Source of the DNA: Eledone cirrhosa
Lineage: Eukaryota
Direction: 5' to 3'
Length of the DNA stretch: 64,000 nt
NCBI GenBank assembly: GCA_964016885.1
Contig: OZ024762.1
Location: forward strand, 27,900,001 to 27,964,000
The notes below the pieces were generated by a model. The model was given only the letters and a program-made list of their open reading frames with translations, was not told where the DNA came from and made no database searches. Every line of letters starts with the position of its first letter. Position 1 is the first letter of the stretch. Positions 37,091 to 49,315 of the stretch are shown here, piece after piece. The position numbers were made by a program, and so were the translations under genes.

Positions 37091-37664
37091 AAGACACACC
37101 TTTATTTCTGTGGTGTGAAGCCCCACCATGTGACTTATCTATTGGACCTATAAGACCTTAATACATACATGTATGTACCCCCCCCCCCCTTCCAGTAACT
37201 CCTGATAGAGTCATAGGGACATCATATTGTCATTCGAGGCATTTCTTGGGCATCTTAAGCCTGGCAGAGCCCATTCCTCTCCAGGGCTGAGTACAGCAGA
37301 TTTCTTGCAGAGAAAGATAGAAAGTGAGATAGAGGAAGAATCAACCCCAGTACTAGACTGGTACTTTTCTTTATCGACCTCGAAAGGATGAAAGGCAAAG
37401 TTGACCTTGGCGGGATTTGAACTCAAAGAGCAGAGAACCGGAATGAATACCAAAAAGTATTTTATCTGACGTTCTAACAACTCTGCCAATTCATCACCTA
37501 CATACATATATGAGGATTGCAGCATCTTCACAGACAATTGCCATTTCTTATTGATTCCTCATTGCCATCCCATCCTCATTCATGACTTTTTAGGCCAGCT
37601 GTAGATCTGCATGATTTATGACACAGTTAACAGAAGAGATTTCTGCTTTCCACAGGACCGGTGA

Positions 37665-38005
37665 GGTCATTTTATGGGATACAATCTTTATGTACCACCA
37701 TGTTTTTTTTCTTTTTAGTCGGGTACTAGTTCTACACACTTTGTTGTATATCACGCACGTTGTTTCACCAGGTCTTTGTTGAGTGGTGTTACAGGTGGTT
37801 ATTCTTTCATGTGACTATAGGGATTAACATAACCAACCTTTGAGAGGAGTACACACAGACAGAATGTGCATGTCCAACTACTGCCGCCTTCACCAAGGCT
37901 GTGAGCATAACCATTCCGGAACTGACACATTAGTTGTTTATGTTCTAGACGACATTCTTCAAAAGTGTTGCAACTGCCCTTTATGCGCTTTCTCCACTCA
38001 GTATA
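37665..38005 (-). pseudogene. Decayed Cys-rich coding sequence, possibly LU/three-finger-like
   Basis: Manual translation gives EWRKRIKGSCNTFEECRLEHKQLMCQFRNGYAHSLGEGGSSWTCTFC, then in shifted frames CTPLKGWLC, TTCNTTQQRPGETTCVIYNKVCRTSTR and MVVHKDC. Confidence 0.35.
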
Positions 38006-38427
38006 AATATTTATTTATATAAATAAACATATATTTTAATAATTAATTTCTAGAATGCATGTATATTCTTGTGATTTTATTTTATAAATTTTCACCAATG
38101 GAGAGAGAGCCAGTTTCTAACATATACACATGACTCTTTCATTGGAATTTAGACAACATCAACTAAGTAAATATATATGTATGTCTGAAAAGAGCTTGTT
38201 TCATCTAAAGAAAGAAAGCAAGAGAATGTGTGATAGAGAAAGAGATACACAGGAAGAGTCAACCCCAGTACTGGACTGGTGCTATTCTAGTGACCTTGAA
38301 AAGGTAAAAGTCAAAGTTGACATCGATGGGATTTGAACTGAGAATAACAGTGAGCTGAAATAAAAACCATAGAGTATTCCATCTGCTCTAATGACTCTCA
38401 CAATTTTCTGCCTTATTTCTAAGATAT

Positions 38428-39030
38428 CTTCTTCTTCTTGGTCTACTTATTCCTGGGAGGGTCATGGGAGCAGAGTCCTCAAACACTCCTTCTAGAGGGT
38501 ACTGCCAGAGCAACTGTCTCCAATTGATCCAGCTGGATCCCCAAGCAAGACCATCCAAGATCATGGATGTTATCCAACCAGCTTGCTTGGGGTCTATACC
38601 TGGGTCTCTTTCCAGTTGGTTTTGCCTGTAAAATCTGTTTAACGATTCTTTCCTGAAACATTCTAACAACTTGCCCATAGTATCACAGCTGTGATCTCTC
38701 AATTTCGGAGAAGTTGCAACTCTACCTGGAGTGACTCTCTGATCTCTGAGCTACACACTCTATCAAGTAACATTACTCCAAAGAACCTTCCAAGGAACCC
38801 AATTTCGGTCACTTGTATTCCTGATAGTATTCTTTTGGTCATTACCTAAGATTCATGACCATAGGTAAAGGTTGACACAAATACCAAATTGAAGATAGTA
38901 AGTGTGGCTTTCACACCCACCTCCCTTTATCTGATTAGCAAATACTGAAGCTGGCACATTACTGCACCAGCTCCTGCAATTCTTGCACTTAATTCAGCTT
39001 CTTAAGATATAATTCCACAATTGTTCAGCA
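38428..39030 (-). mobile_element. Decayed Expander/Rex3-type RTE 3' fragment
   Basis: TYGHES.VMT..IQ..E.GFL.R and RMFQERI..WLDNI motifs. Confidence 0.8.
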
Positions 39031-39779
39031 TAAATGTACAAATATGTAAACAAAAATATATATTTAATAATGTTTTGTTTCTTTTGTATATAATTTATTA
39101 AGTTTTCATGATTAATTATATAAATAATGAAAAAAAATGTATATATAGGATTAAAAAAAAAGATAAAGATCCCATAACTCCTTGTGGAGTCGTAGAGGCA
39201 CCGTCATAAGGCGCGTCTAGGGCACTTTTAAACCTGGCGGAGCCCAACCCTCTCCAGGTTTGAACACAGCAGATTTTTTTCTATAGAGGAAGAATCAACC
39301 CCAGTACTGGACTGGTACTTTTTTATCGACCTTGAAAGGATGAAAGGCAAAGTTGACCCCGGCGGGATTTGAACTCTGAGCTCACAATGAAGTGTGACAA
39401 ATACCATAAAGCATTCTATCTGATGTCTTAACGACTCTGCCAATTAGCCACACACACACACACATACATACATACACATATATATATATATATGCCCACC
39501 TAAATATATTCTTACATGAATATATATTAGGCTTCTACATAAACTGGAAACATTCTCCCAAACTTGTAGAAAACTTATAATGAAACAATTGTTTGGAAAG
39601 AGAGATATACTTTAACTTTAATTATATCTCATAAAATAATACAACTGGTTTTTCCACATTATACATATTGTTAGCACACCAAACACTTAAATTGGGTTTA
39701 TATTTTAATATAACCTAATGTTTGTTGAGTGAGATGGTTACCAGTCAGAGTTTAGCTTTAAACTATCTCTGTTATTGTA

Positions 39780-39832
<53 letters not shown>

Positions 39833-40022
39833 TTCGTTTCTGAATTTGTTTAGCAAGATTCTTTATCTGAAATCGTGTGTTGAAACCGATATTGTTATAC
39901 TTTGGGAGGGTCATGTTGCCAATAAGAAACACACGCACCAGTTGCTTTCACTTCAATTTATTATATATTTATAAATTTCTGGTTGGTTGGTTGGTTCCAC
40001 AACCAGATAGTTGTTTATATAT

Positions 40023-40067
40023 AGTCATAGTTCTTTCGTCACACACTCTGTGACCTCTTCAGTGACT
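40023..40067 (-). ncRNA. Minimal hammerhead ribozyme in Penelope pLTR
   Basis: AGTCA-CTGAAGA-G-GTCACA-GAGTG-TGTGAC-GAAA-GAAC-TA-TGACT. Confidence 0.88.
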
Positions 40068-40267
40068 GGGGATTCCTTTCTTTGTTTCTGTGCCTCTCCT
40101 TTGTTCTGTCCTACGCCATTTTGTTTCTGTGTGTGTGTTGTGTGCTCAGTCTGCGCATGCGCCACATCCGGGTGTCTGTGTGTGTTTATGTTCATTTATT
40201 TATTTTTTTATTTACATGTTACTGGTTGGTTGTTTGTTCTATGTGTGTGTGTGTTTTCATTTTGTCC

Positions 40268-40579
40268 TTAATTGTAAGTTGTGATGTTGCTGTTCCACTC
40301 ATATTTTCTATTTAATTTTGGTTGTAATTCTTTTATGTTTATTGCCTCTGTAATTTGTCTAAACATTGCGTCTTTTCTGTGTGTAGATTCTATTTCTATT
40401 TCTATGTTCTCTAATTTACCCTTGTGTTCTATCTTAGCATGTTGGTAGAGTACAGATGATTCTTTATTATCTTGAAGGTCTTGCCAGTGTTCATTTATCC
40501 GTTCCCCTACACTACGAGCTGTCTCACCTATGTACACTATATTTTTGTCTCTACATTGTCCTTCAGTACATCTTATGCT
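40268..40579 (-). CDS. Penelope-type GIY-YIG endonuclease (C-terminal fragment)
   Basis: SIRCTEGQCRDKNIVYIGETARSVGERINEH..S.LYQH..H..R.ITEAI.I...P.LN. Confidence 0.88.
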   Translation of the reverse strand, partial: SIRCTEGQCRDKNIVYIGETARSVGERINEHWQDLQDNKESSVLYQHAKIEHKGKLENIEIEIESTHRKDAMFRQITEAINIKELQPKLNRKYEWNSNITTYN

Positions 40580-41743
40580 AAGTACATCTTAGCATAAGAT
40601 GTACTGAAGGACGTATCTTAACAGAGGTATATATTATAACATCTTATGCTAAGTACATCTTAGCATAAGATGTACTGAAGGACGTATCTTAACAGAGGTA
40701 TATATTATAACAGAGGTAAATATAGTGGGGGTCTGCATGTTATAATGTGTGAGCAGAAGATTGGAAAGTTAAATTTTTGTTTAGACTTATAGGATGAAGT
40801 TACAAAAATTTAATATTTAATATTAACATTATAAAATTAAAGAAATTAGAAAATTGAAAATTAAACAGTTTAAAATTTTTAAGGTTTTGGTTGCGAGGTT
40901 TAAGTAAAGAAAGAGTCTTTTATGAAGAAACTTAAATTGTATTATAGAGTAAAGATGATAACTTTGTTTAGCAGTCAAACAGCATGCGGCGACTGCAGGC
41001 TCCGGCCAGCCCATCCTAACCGCGTGTCAGCCCTTCCGAGTGAGATCGCCTAGCGAAAGATATGGAAATCAATTTTTCCAAGTACTCTAGGAATGTATAA
41101 CAGGCTTCAGGTGCGCCAGTGGGAAGTCAGCCCTCATCGTTAGGCCATCCTTGTACCAAACCAGTACTATTAATTTACCCAGGAGGGGGATTTGTTTAAG
41201 TAGAGGGAGGCGTGATACAGTTATGATTAGGTCTACAATTTAAAGGTACTATATGCCGGTTAAAAAACCGGCTGCGCGCCGGGCCCCTGGGGCGAATCAA
41301 CCCGCTCCGAGTAGTTTCATTTACCGAAAGAAGAGGAAATTTACTTTTCCAAGCACTCAAGGTAGGCCTATGCGCCAGGAGGCCGGTCCCGCAGCCAGGA
41401 AAACCAACCCAACAGTCCGACAGAAAATTGGAACGTTAAATTATTGTTTAGATTTATAGGATGAAGTTAAAAAAAATTAAAGAGTTAGAAAAGTGAGAAT
41501 TAAACAATTAGAAAATTGAAAATTAAACAGTTTAAAACTTTTCTGTTTTTCTTCTATTTGACCGGGAGCGTAGTAGCACACTATAAGCTTTAGCCCCCTC
41601 ACCAGATAGCCTCAAGTAGACCGAATAGCCAGCACTTGAGGGCGACCGGCTAAAGTGGAAGATGCTAGATGGTCGGTCGTCCTCCGGTCTTTGATTTTCA
41701 GCCCCATGGATTTTATCTATTACATTCATTTATTATATTTCGA

Positions 41744-41801
41744 ATACCTGATGATATCACCGGATTCATACGGAACCCGGTCATTGAAATGATAATAGTA
41801 T
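41744..41801 (+). ncRNA. Hammerhead ribozyme
   Basis: ATAC-CTGATGA-TATC-ACCGG..TTC/GAA..CCGGT-CATT-GAAA-TGATAA-TA-GTAT. Confidence 0.78.
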
Positions 41802-41988
41802 AATAAACCTTTCAAGGATTTACACAAGTCCAGCCTCCTGTCATTTTATTATAATATTTAACTCCGTACTAGCACCGTACTACACAAACGAAGACGTTGA
41901 GTACTCTCTATATTATTACATCAAGATTGACCATACGGAATTGACCAGCTCTATCCAGTGGTGAACCTTCAAACCTATATATATATAT

Positions 41989-42166
41989 AACGAAGGAAGT
42001 GTAGTAAGGAACCAGATGGACTATAACGCACCAGAGTACTCAATACTTAGGGTAGTAGAGTGGGTAATAGGAAAATATTTAACTCCGACGGCAGAGTTCA
42101 AGCCGTTTCGACGGCTATTTCTGAAATAGCCGTCGAAACGGCTTCAGCTCTCCCGTCGGAGTTAAA
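41989..42166 (-). mobile_element. Fold-back element
   Basis: Arms 42078-42120/42124-42166 with a 3-nt loop, containing CGAAACGGC. Confidence 0.65.
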
Positions 42167-42170
42167 CATA

Positions 42171-43086
42171 TCTATATATAGTAAACTGAGGTTGTCTGTC
42201 TGTCTACTAAAACGGTTGGCACACATCTCCTCCTAAACCCTACGTTCAAATTTCGGTGAAATTGCTACACTTATAGATGAAGGTCCGCGGAGGCATCGCC
42301 AAGTGCAAAAATCGAATTTGTAATGTATTGATTTTTCAGTTCAAATGTATAAATAGAGATGAGAGACGAGTTATTTTCCTTTTATGGCGTCATTCTGTCT
42401 ATCTATTTATGTTACGAATATACGATTCGTGCAAAAGTACAAAAATACGCGAACAGTTTTCGGACCAGCAAAATTTTAACCTGCAAAATTCATGAGGTCG
42501 AAGTTTCAACATTAAGCTTCCATTTTGCTTCATTTCCATTAAAAAGTCTTTTAAAACAATATTTTTACTTGAAAACAAGCCTATTTGAATACACCGTAAA
42601 ACAAGCAAATAGTTTGTAAAAAAAGCATTGATCTATATATATAATCTCGAATAAAGCCTTATGAGATTTTCATTTAGAAGAATGATTTTAAGCGACAGAC
42701 AGATAACGCATTTTTTTTGGGGGGGGGGGGGGGGGGGGGTTGTTTCATGTCCATCCAATTTCTTTGTTTCAAAATAACTGATAGTTTGGTTACGCTGATG
42801 TTTTTCACTGAGACAAGTGTTGCAGTGTTTACATTTTCGATTTTTGTTAATAGTTTACCAGTGCAGTTTTTATCCCCAGCATCCTCTTTTGTTTTAACAT
42901 TCGAGTTATGGTTATGTTTTCTTAACTTTATAAGGCGTACTGTTGGTCGAGGGAATATTAATCAAAAGTACCACATGAAAGTCTACACTGTAGACTCTAC
43001 AGATTTTAAGCCAAGAAAGGAACTTAACATTGTAACTTTATCACAGCTACTGAGCAGCCCCGAGCAACGCCGGGCTTTACTGCTAG
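42171..43086 (+). mobile_element. Non-autonomous Helitron
   Basis: 5' TCTATATATA..TGTCTGTCTGT, 3' hairpin CCCGAGCAACGCCGGG then CTAG, inserted between A and T. Confidence 0.8.
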
Positions 43087-44929
43087 TATATATGAAGTGT
43101 ATGAGGAAGGGAGAGAGAGAAGGAAACAGACATAGAACAAGAGAGATAAAATGTAGTAGAGAGAAAGAGTAACAGAGTGTTTAGGGAAAGGAATAGAGAA
43201 ATTTTGCTTTACTCACAGAATATATATTTTTGTGAAGAAGGGTGAGGGGTGAGGAAGGAATAAATGGGGTGTTGCGGGGTGGAGTGGTGGGTAGTGATAC
43301 AGAAGGGAGATGCATGATGTAGGAGCTATGACTGAGGAACAGCAGTGAGGGGTGGGAGGAGGAAGGTGGTGTTGTTGACACAGTTTGGAAGTTTGTGTTT
43401 AGTAGCAACAGAGAGAGAGAGAGAGGGGGGGGGTGTAAGTGAGAGAGATAGGGTGTGTGTATGTGTGTAAGAGAAAGAGACAGAGGGTGTAAGTGAGAGA
43501 GAGAGATGTGTGTGTGAGAGAAAGAGAGAGATAGTGTGTGTGTGTAAGAGAGAGAGAGAAAGAAAGAGTGTGTGTGAGAGAGAGAGAGACATGCAGGGGG
43601 CAGTAGAGAGAGGGAAGGGAGGAGGGAATGTAGAGGTTTGGTAGAACTCTACAGTTAGTAGAACTACCAAGTTCCTTTCTGGGATCTAGGGATCTGGGTA
43701 CCAGAACAGAATAACTAACAAAAGGGTGAGGGTTGGGCGGGTGGGCAACAGAACTGATAAGGAAAAGACAACAGAGGAATTTTTATAGGGAGCTTAGCTG
43801 GTGATGCTGTTGTTGTTTAGCCCTAGGTCAGCCACCCTGTTGCTCCCTCTTCATCTACCACCCCCTGAATAAGGAACAGACATATGAATGATCAAAGATG
43901 TATTCCAAGCATGACCATCACATGTTTTTGTAATATCAACAGCAGTGATTCTCAGTTTCTTTATTATTATTATTATAGCCAGCGGTAGATTGGCAGAATC
44001 GGTGGAGCGTCGGACAACATACTTAGTGGCATAAAGTTATGGCCCTTTAAATTCTGAGTTCAAATTCCACCGAGTTTAGCTTTGCCTTTCATCCTTACGG
44101 GGTCGATAAAATAAGGCATCAGTAATGTACTGGGGTCAATTTAATCGACTTTTCTCTCCTCCCAAATTGCTGGCTTTGTGCCTATATAAGAAACCATTAT
44201 TATGGTCGAATGCCATGCTTTGCAGCATAGAGTTACGGCCCTTTATATTCTGAGTTCAAATCACGTTGAGGTTAGCTTTGTCTTTCATCCTTTTGGGATC
44301 GATAAAATAAAGTACCAGTAATGCACTGGGGTAATTGCTGGCCTTGTAGAAACAATTATTATACTCAGCAATGGATTGGCAGAATCAGTGGAGCGTCGGG
44401 CAACATTCTTAGCAGGATAAAATTACGGCCCTTTACATTTTGAGTTAAAATCCCGCTGAGTTTAACTTTGCCTTTCATCCTTAATGGGTTGATAAAATAA
44501 AGTACCAGTAATGCACTGGAGTCAATTTAATCAACTCCCTCCCCCCCCCCCCCCCCCGTAATTGCTGGCCTTGTGCCAAATGTAGAGACAATTATTACTA
44601 ATTTTACTATATCATGCAGTGTAGATGGAAAATGCACCAGAGTGAGAGAGACACCTGTCAAGTGACATGATCAACAAGATCCCAGACCTCATTCGCTTGC
44701 TGAGTGGGGTGGACTTCATTAAATCGGACCAAGGAAACAATGTTTCCATTGGTCTTTCAATTGTTGATACTATCTACCAGTCACAACTCTTGGCAGAAAG
44801 AGCAACGTGAAATAAAGTGTCTTGCTCAAGGACACAACATATCACCTGGTCCAAGAATTGAACTCGCAACCTCATGATTGTGAATCCAATTCTTTAACCA
44901 CCAAGCCACGTACCTGCACCAGACAATGC

Positions 44930-45170
44930 TTCCCCTAAAATGTGTGCAGTACCTATAAAGGCTGATTTTTGTATGACACCAGTCTTACTTAGTATTCCCA
45001 ATGGCTTTAAGATGTCTTGGAGCTTCAATGGGATTGATCCTAATTTCCCTCCAGGTCACCACTGGTATCACTGATATCACATTCCAAACAGTCTTGCCAT
45101 CTCGACTTTCAATTCAGAGTACTTGGTGATTTTTTTCAGTTTATTTACTCAAAATATTCATGTTATCCTG
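44930..45170 (-). mobile_element. Decayed R4/Dong RLE 3' fragment
   Basis: EKITKYSELKVEMARL..VIPVV..IQKSAFIGTAHIL on the minus strand. Confidence 0.65.
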
Positions 45171-45244
45171 TTGTGACCCATGCCAAGTCAGGTGACCATG
45201 TCTTGCTCAAGGTTTCTACAGCTGGATGCCCTTCCTAGCGCAAA

Positions 45245-46605
45245 CCTCATTTACAGTGTGGACTGGGTGCTTTTTATTGTGACACCTATAAGACCACTTT
45301 ACAGTATAGATCGGGTGCTTTTTGTTGTGACACCAACACGACCACTTTACAGTGTCGACTGGGTGCTTTTTGTTGTGACACCTACACGACCACTTTACAG
45401 TGTGGACTGGGTGCTTTTTGCTGTGACACCTACACGACCACTTTACAGTGTGGACTGGGTGCTTTTTGCTGTGACACCTACACGACCACTTTACAGTGTG
45501 GGTTAGGCGCTTTTTGCTGTCACCATCACGCCCACTTTACAGTGAGTACTGGGTACTTTTTGTTGTGACACCTACATGACATGTTACAGTGTGGAATGGG
45601 TGCTTTTTGCTGTGACACCTACACGACCACTTTACAGTGTAGACTGGGTGCTTTTTGCTGTGACACCTACACGACCACTTTACAGTGTGGACTGGGTGCT
45701 TTTTGCTGTGACACCTACCCGACCACTTTACAGTGTGGACTGGGTGCTTTTTGCTGTGACACCTACACGACCACTTTACAGTGTGGACTGGGTGCTTTTT
45801 GCTGTGACACCTACACGACCACTTTACAGTGTGGACTGGGTGCTTTTTGCTGTGACACCTACACGACCACTTTACAGTGTGGACTGGGTGCTTTTTGCTG
45901 TGACACCTACACGACCACTTTACAGTGTGGACTGGGTGCTTTTTGCTGTGATTCCTACACGACCACTTTACAGTGTGGGTTAGGCGCTTTTTGCTGTGTC
46001 ACCATCACGCCCACTTTACAGTGAGTACTGGGTACTTTTTGTTGTGACACCTACATGACATGTTACATTGTGGACTGGGTGCTTTTTGCTGTGACACCTA
46101 CACGACCACTTTACAGTGTAGACTGGGTGCTTTTTGCTGTGACACCTACACGACCACTTTACAGTGTGGACTGGGTGCTTTTTGCTGTGACACCTACACG
46201 ACCACTTTACAGTGTGGACTGGGTGCTTTTTGCTGTGACACCTACACGACCACTTTACAGTGTGGACTGGGTGCTTTTTGCTGTGACACCTACACGACCA
46301 CTTTACAGTGTGGACTGGGTGCTTTTTGCTGTGATACCTACACGACCACTTTACAGTGTGGGTTAGGCGCTTTTTGCTGTGTCACCATCACGCCCACTTT
46401 ACAGTGAGTACTGGGTACTTTTTGTTGTGACACCTACATGACCACTTTACAGTGTGGACTGGGTGCTTTTTGCTGTGTCACCATCACGCCCACTTTACAG
46501 TGAGTACTGGGTACTTTTTGTTGTGACACCTACATGACCACTTTACAGTGTGGACTGGGTGCTTTTTGTTGTGTCACCATCATGTCCACTTTACTGTGTG
46601 GACTT
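45245..46605. repeat. 48-bp satellite amplified from SINE/RTE 3' UTR segment
   Basis: Unit GACTGGGTGCTTTTTGCTGTGACACCTACACGACCACTTTACAGTGTG, with variant units recurring about every 390-480 bp. Confidence 0.92.
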
Positions 46606-47377
46606 CAGGCTTCACTGGATGAATATTTCAGCTTGTCCCCATGGGAGATGTATGAGAGTGAGTGAGGTGGGGTGGGGTGGTGCATAATATATATATGCTT
46701 CAGCTTCAGCCTGTGCCCATGGAAATTATTATTGTTATTATTATGGGGGAGGGGCGATAAAATAAAGTACCGCTAACACACTAGGGTCAATTTAATCGAC
46801 TTTCACTTCCCTCAAAATTGCTGGCATTGTGCCTAAAGTAGAAATCATCATTATTATTATTATTATTATTATGGATTGGCAGTATCGTTTGAGGGTCGGA
46901 CGCCATCCTTTGCAGCATAGTTACGTCCCTTTACGATCTGAGTTCAAATCGCGCCGAGGTTGACTTTGCCTTTCATCCTTACGGGGTCGATAAAATAAAG
47001 TACCAGTAATGCACTGGGTAATTGCTGGTCTTGTGCCTAAAGTAGGAACAATTATTATGGATTTAGTATTCATACGAGACACATACAAACATACTTGGAT
47101 ATACAAGCTTTCACATGCACACATTATTTAGATATATATATATATATGTATGTGTGTGTATATATGTATGTATATATATGTATATATATATATATGTATG
47201 TGTGTGTGTATGTATATATCTTTATATATATATAATGTTTATATATTCATGTAAGTATATAAATATTATTGTAAACATGAATAAATATTTGTTTATACAT
47301 GTGAGTGGTGATTATATATACATACATATAATCACCACTCACATGTATATACTATATATATATATATATATATTATA

Positions 47378-47433
<56 letters not shown>

Positions 47434-48559
47434 CTGTCTAATTGGTATAAATATGTCTTACACTCACATCTTAGCTTTTTCATCCGTTTTGCACTAAAAT
47501 TTTATATATATGGTGTGTGTGTGTGTGTGTGTGTGTAGTGTGTGTGTATCATCATCATCATGGTCATTTTTGGCAGTATCGGTAGAGAGTTGGACACCAT
47601 GCTTTGAAGCATAGAGTTACGTCCCTTTACGGTCTGAGTTCAAATCCCGCCGAGGTTAACTTTGCCTTTCATCCTTACAGGGTCGATAAAATAAAGTACC
47701 AGTAATACACTGGGTGTGTGCTGGCCTTGTGCCTAAAGTAGAAACAATTATTTAACATCCATTTTGGCCACCTAGCAAAGATTGGACAGACCTTCACAGA
47801 CTGAACCAATAATGAAGTGAGGCTACTGACCTCCCTGAGAGACTAGAGGCCTTCATATCTTATAAAGCAGGGAGGGGGGTTGGCTGCTGACCTCCGTGAC
47901 AGGCCCAAGGTCTTCATCCCTCACTTATAAAGCAGTGTGGTGGGCTACTGACCTCTCTGACAGGCCAGAGTTCATTATCTCACTTGGTGGTTTGGCAGAA
48001 TTGGTAGAGGGTCAGATGCCATGCTTTGCAGCAAAGAGTTACGACCCTTTATGGTCTGAATTCAAATCCTGTCGAGGTTAACTTTGCCTTTCATCCTTAC
48101 GGAGTCGATAAAATAAAGTACCAGTAATACACTGAGATAATTGCTGGCCTTGTGCCAAAAGTAGAAACAACTATCTCACTTATGATATATAGGGTTATGG
48201 CCCTTTATGTTCTGAGTTCAAATCCCAGCAAGGTTAGCTTTGTCCTTCATCCTAACGGGGTCGATAAAATTAAGTATACTGGGGTTGATTTAATCAACGT
48301 TCCTTTCCCCCAAAATTGTTGGCTTTGTGCGATTATGGTGACAGCAGCCTCTAGGGAGGTTGTTTTGACAATTAAAGGGTCCTCCCAACCTTTTATTTGT
48401 CAAGCTTTCTATGGATGAATGCCCTTCATATCAACAACCACTTTACAGAGTGTACTGGGTGTATTTATTGTGACGATCACCAACACTAGGGGGATTGTCA
48501 TGTCCTTGACATAACTGAAGGACCCTCCTAAATGCACACACACATATCTATCTATCTAA

Positions 48560-49315
48560 GGCGGGTAAAATTCCCGAGATCCATGGACGAGTTCTCTCCA
48601 GCGGTCTCTGTCCCTCATTATCGCTGCCATATCCTGCATCTCCAACAGACCAGTGTCTGTCCTTAGGGCATCAACATATGTTAACCTTGGTCTTCCTCTT
48701 CTAGTGTGTCCATGTAGGGGCTCCCAAAGGAGCACTGAGTGCAATGTCAACTCTGGATATCGGTGAGCATGTCCAGCCAACCTCAGTCTCCTCTGTGTCA
48801 CTTTTGAGCTGACTTTTGGGATGCTCCCATACAGCTCTGAGTTTTTCATCCTCAGTGTATACTGATTAATGTTCAGAGCCATCCTCAGCATTCTCGTGTA
48901 GCACCCATCCACCATCTGAGTGAGTCTCTTGGTCAGTGTCCAAGTCTCAGACCCATACAGCTTTTTATCATTGTAGTGGACTATTGTATGCGCCTTGCAC
49001 TGGAGAAACACCAGGACTCTGGCTTTACTGTAGCACCGGCTCAGAGCAGGAGAGTTGGGGCGAAAAAGGTATCGGATGCTGAATTTGCCGACGACATAGT
49101 TTTGGTGACAAATACAGTGAAGGAGGCAGAGGATTTGATGCGGGAGGTTGAGACTGTGTCGATGAGTGTGGGGCTGAGAATGAATGAGACTAAAACAAAA
49201 TATCTGGTAGAGAATGTTGAGAAGCCAGAGGGGATCACTAATGTAGGCGGGAAGCCGCTGGAATTGGTTGAGGGCTTCCTGTATTTGGGAGCAAAGATTG
49301 GGAATACGGAAGACA
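48560..49315 (-). mobile_element. RTE-like LINE with 5' inversion
   Basis: 48576-48962 (-) encodes LYGSETWTLTK..RRLRLAGH..RGRP. 48965-49315 (+) encodes the upstream RT part FADDI..GLRMNETKTK..FLYLG. Confidence 0.85.

Larger units (their letters stand above)
39833..40612 (-). mobile_element. 5'-truncated Penelope-like element: GIY-YIG end, pLTR with hammerhead, 5' hairpin
   Basis: Contains the ORF and ribozyme listed next. The 3' end abuts (TA)n. 23-bp inverted repeat 40558-40580/40590-40612 at the truncation point. Confidence 0.88.

Noticed and set aside
45245-46605. Regular repeat array resembling CRISPR
   Set aside because: Head-to-tail units without unique spacers, derived from a SINE, in a eukaryotic context with no cas genes.
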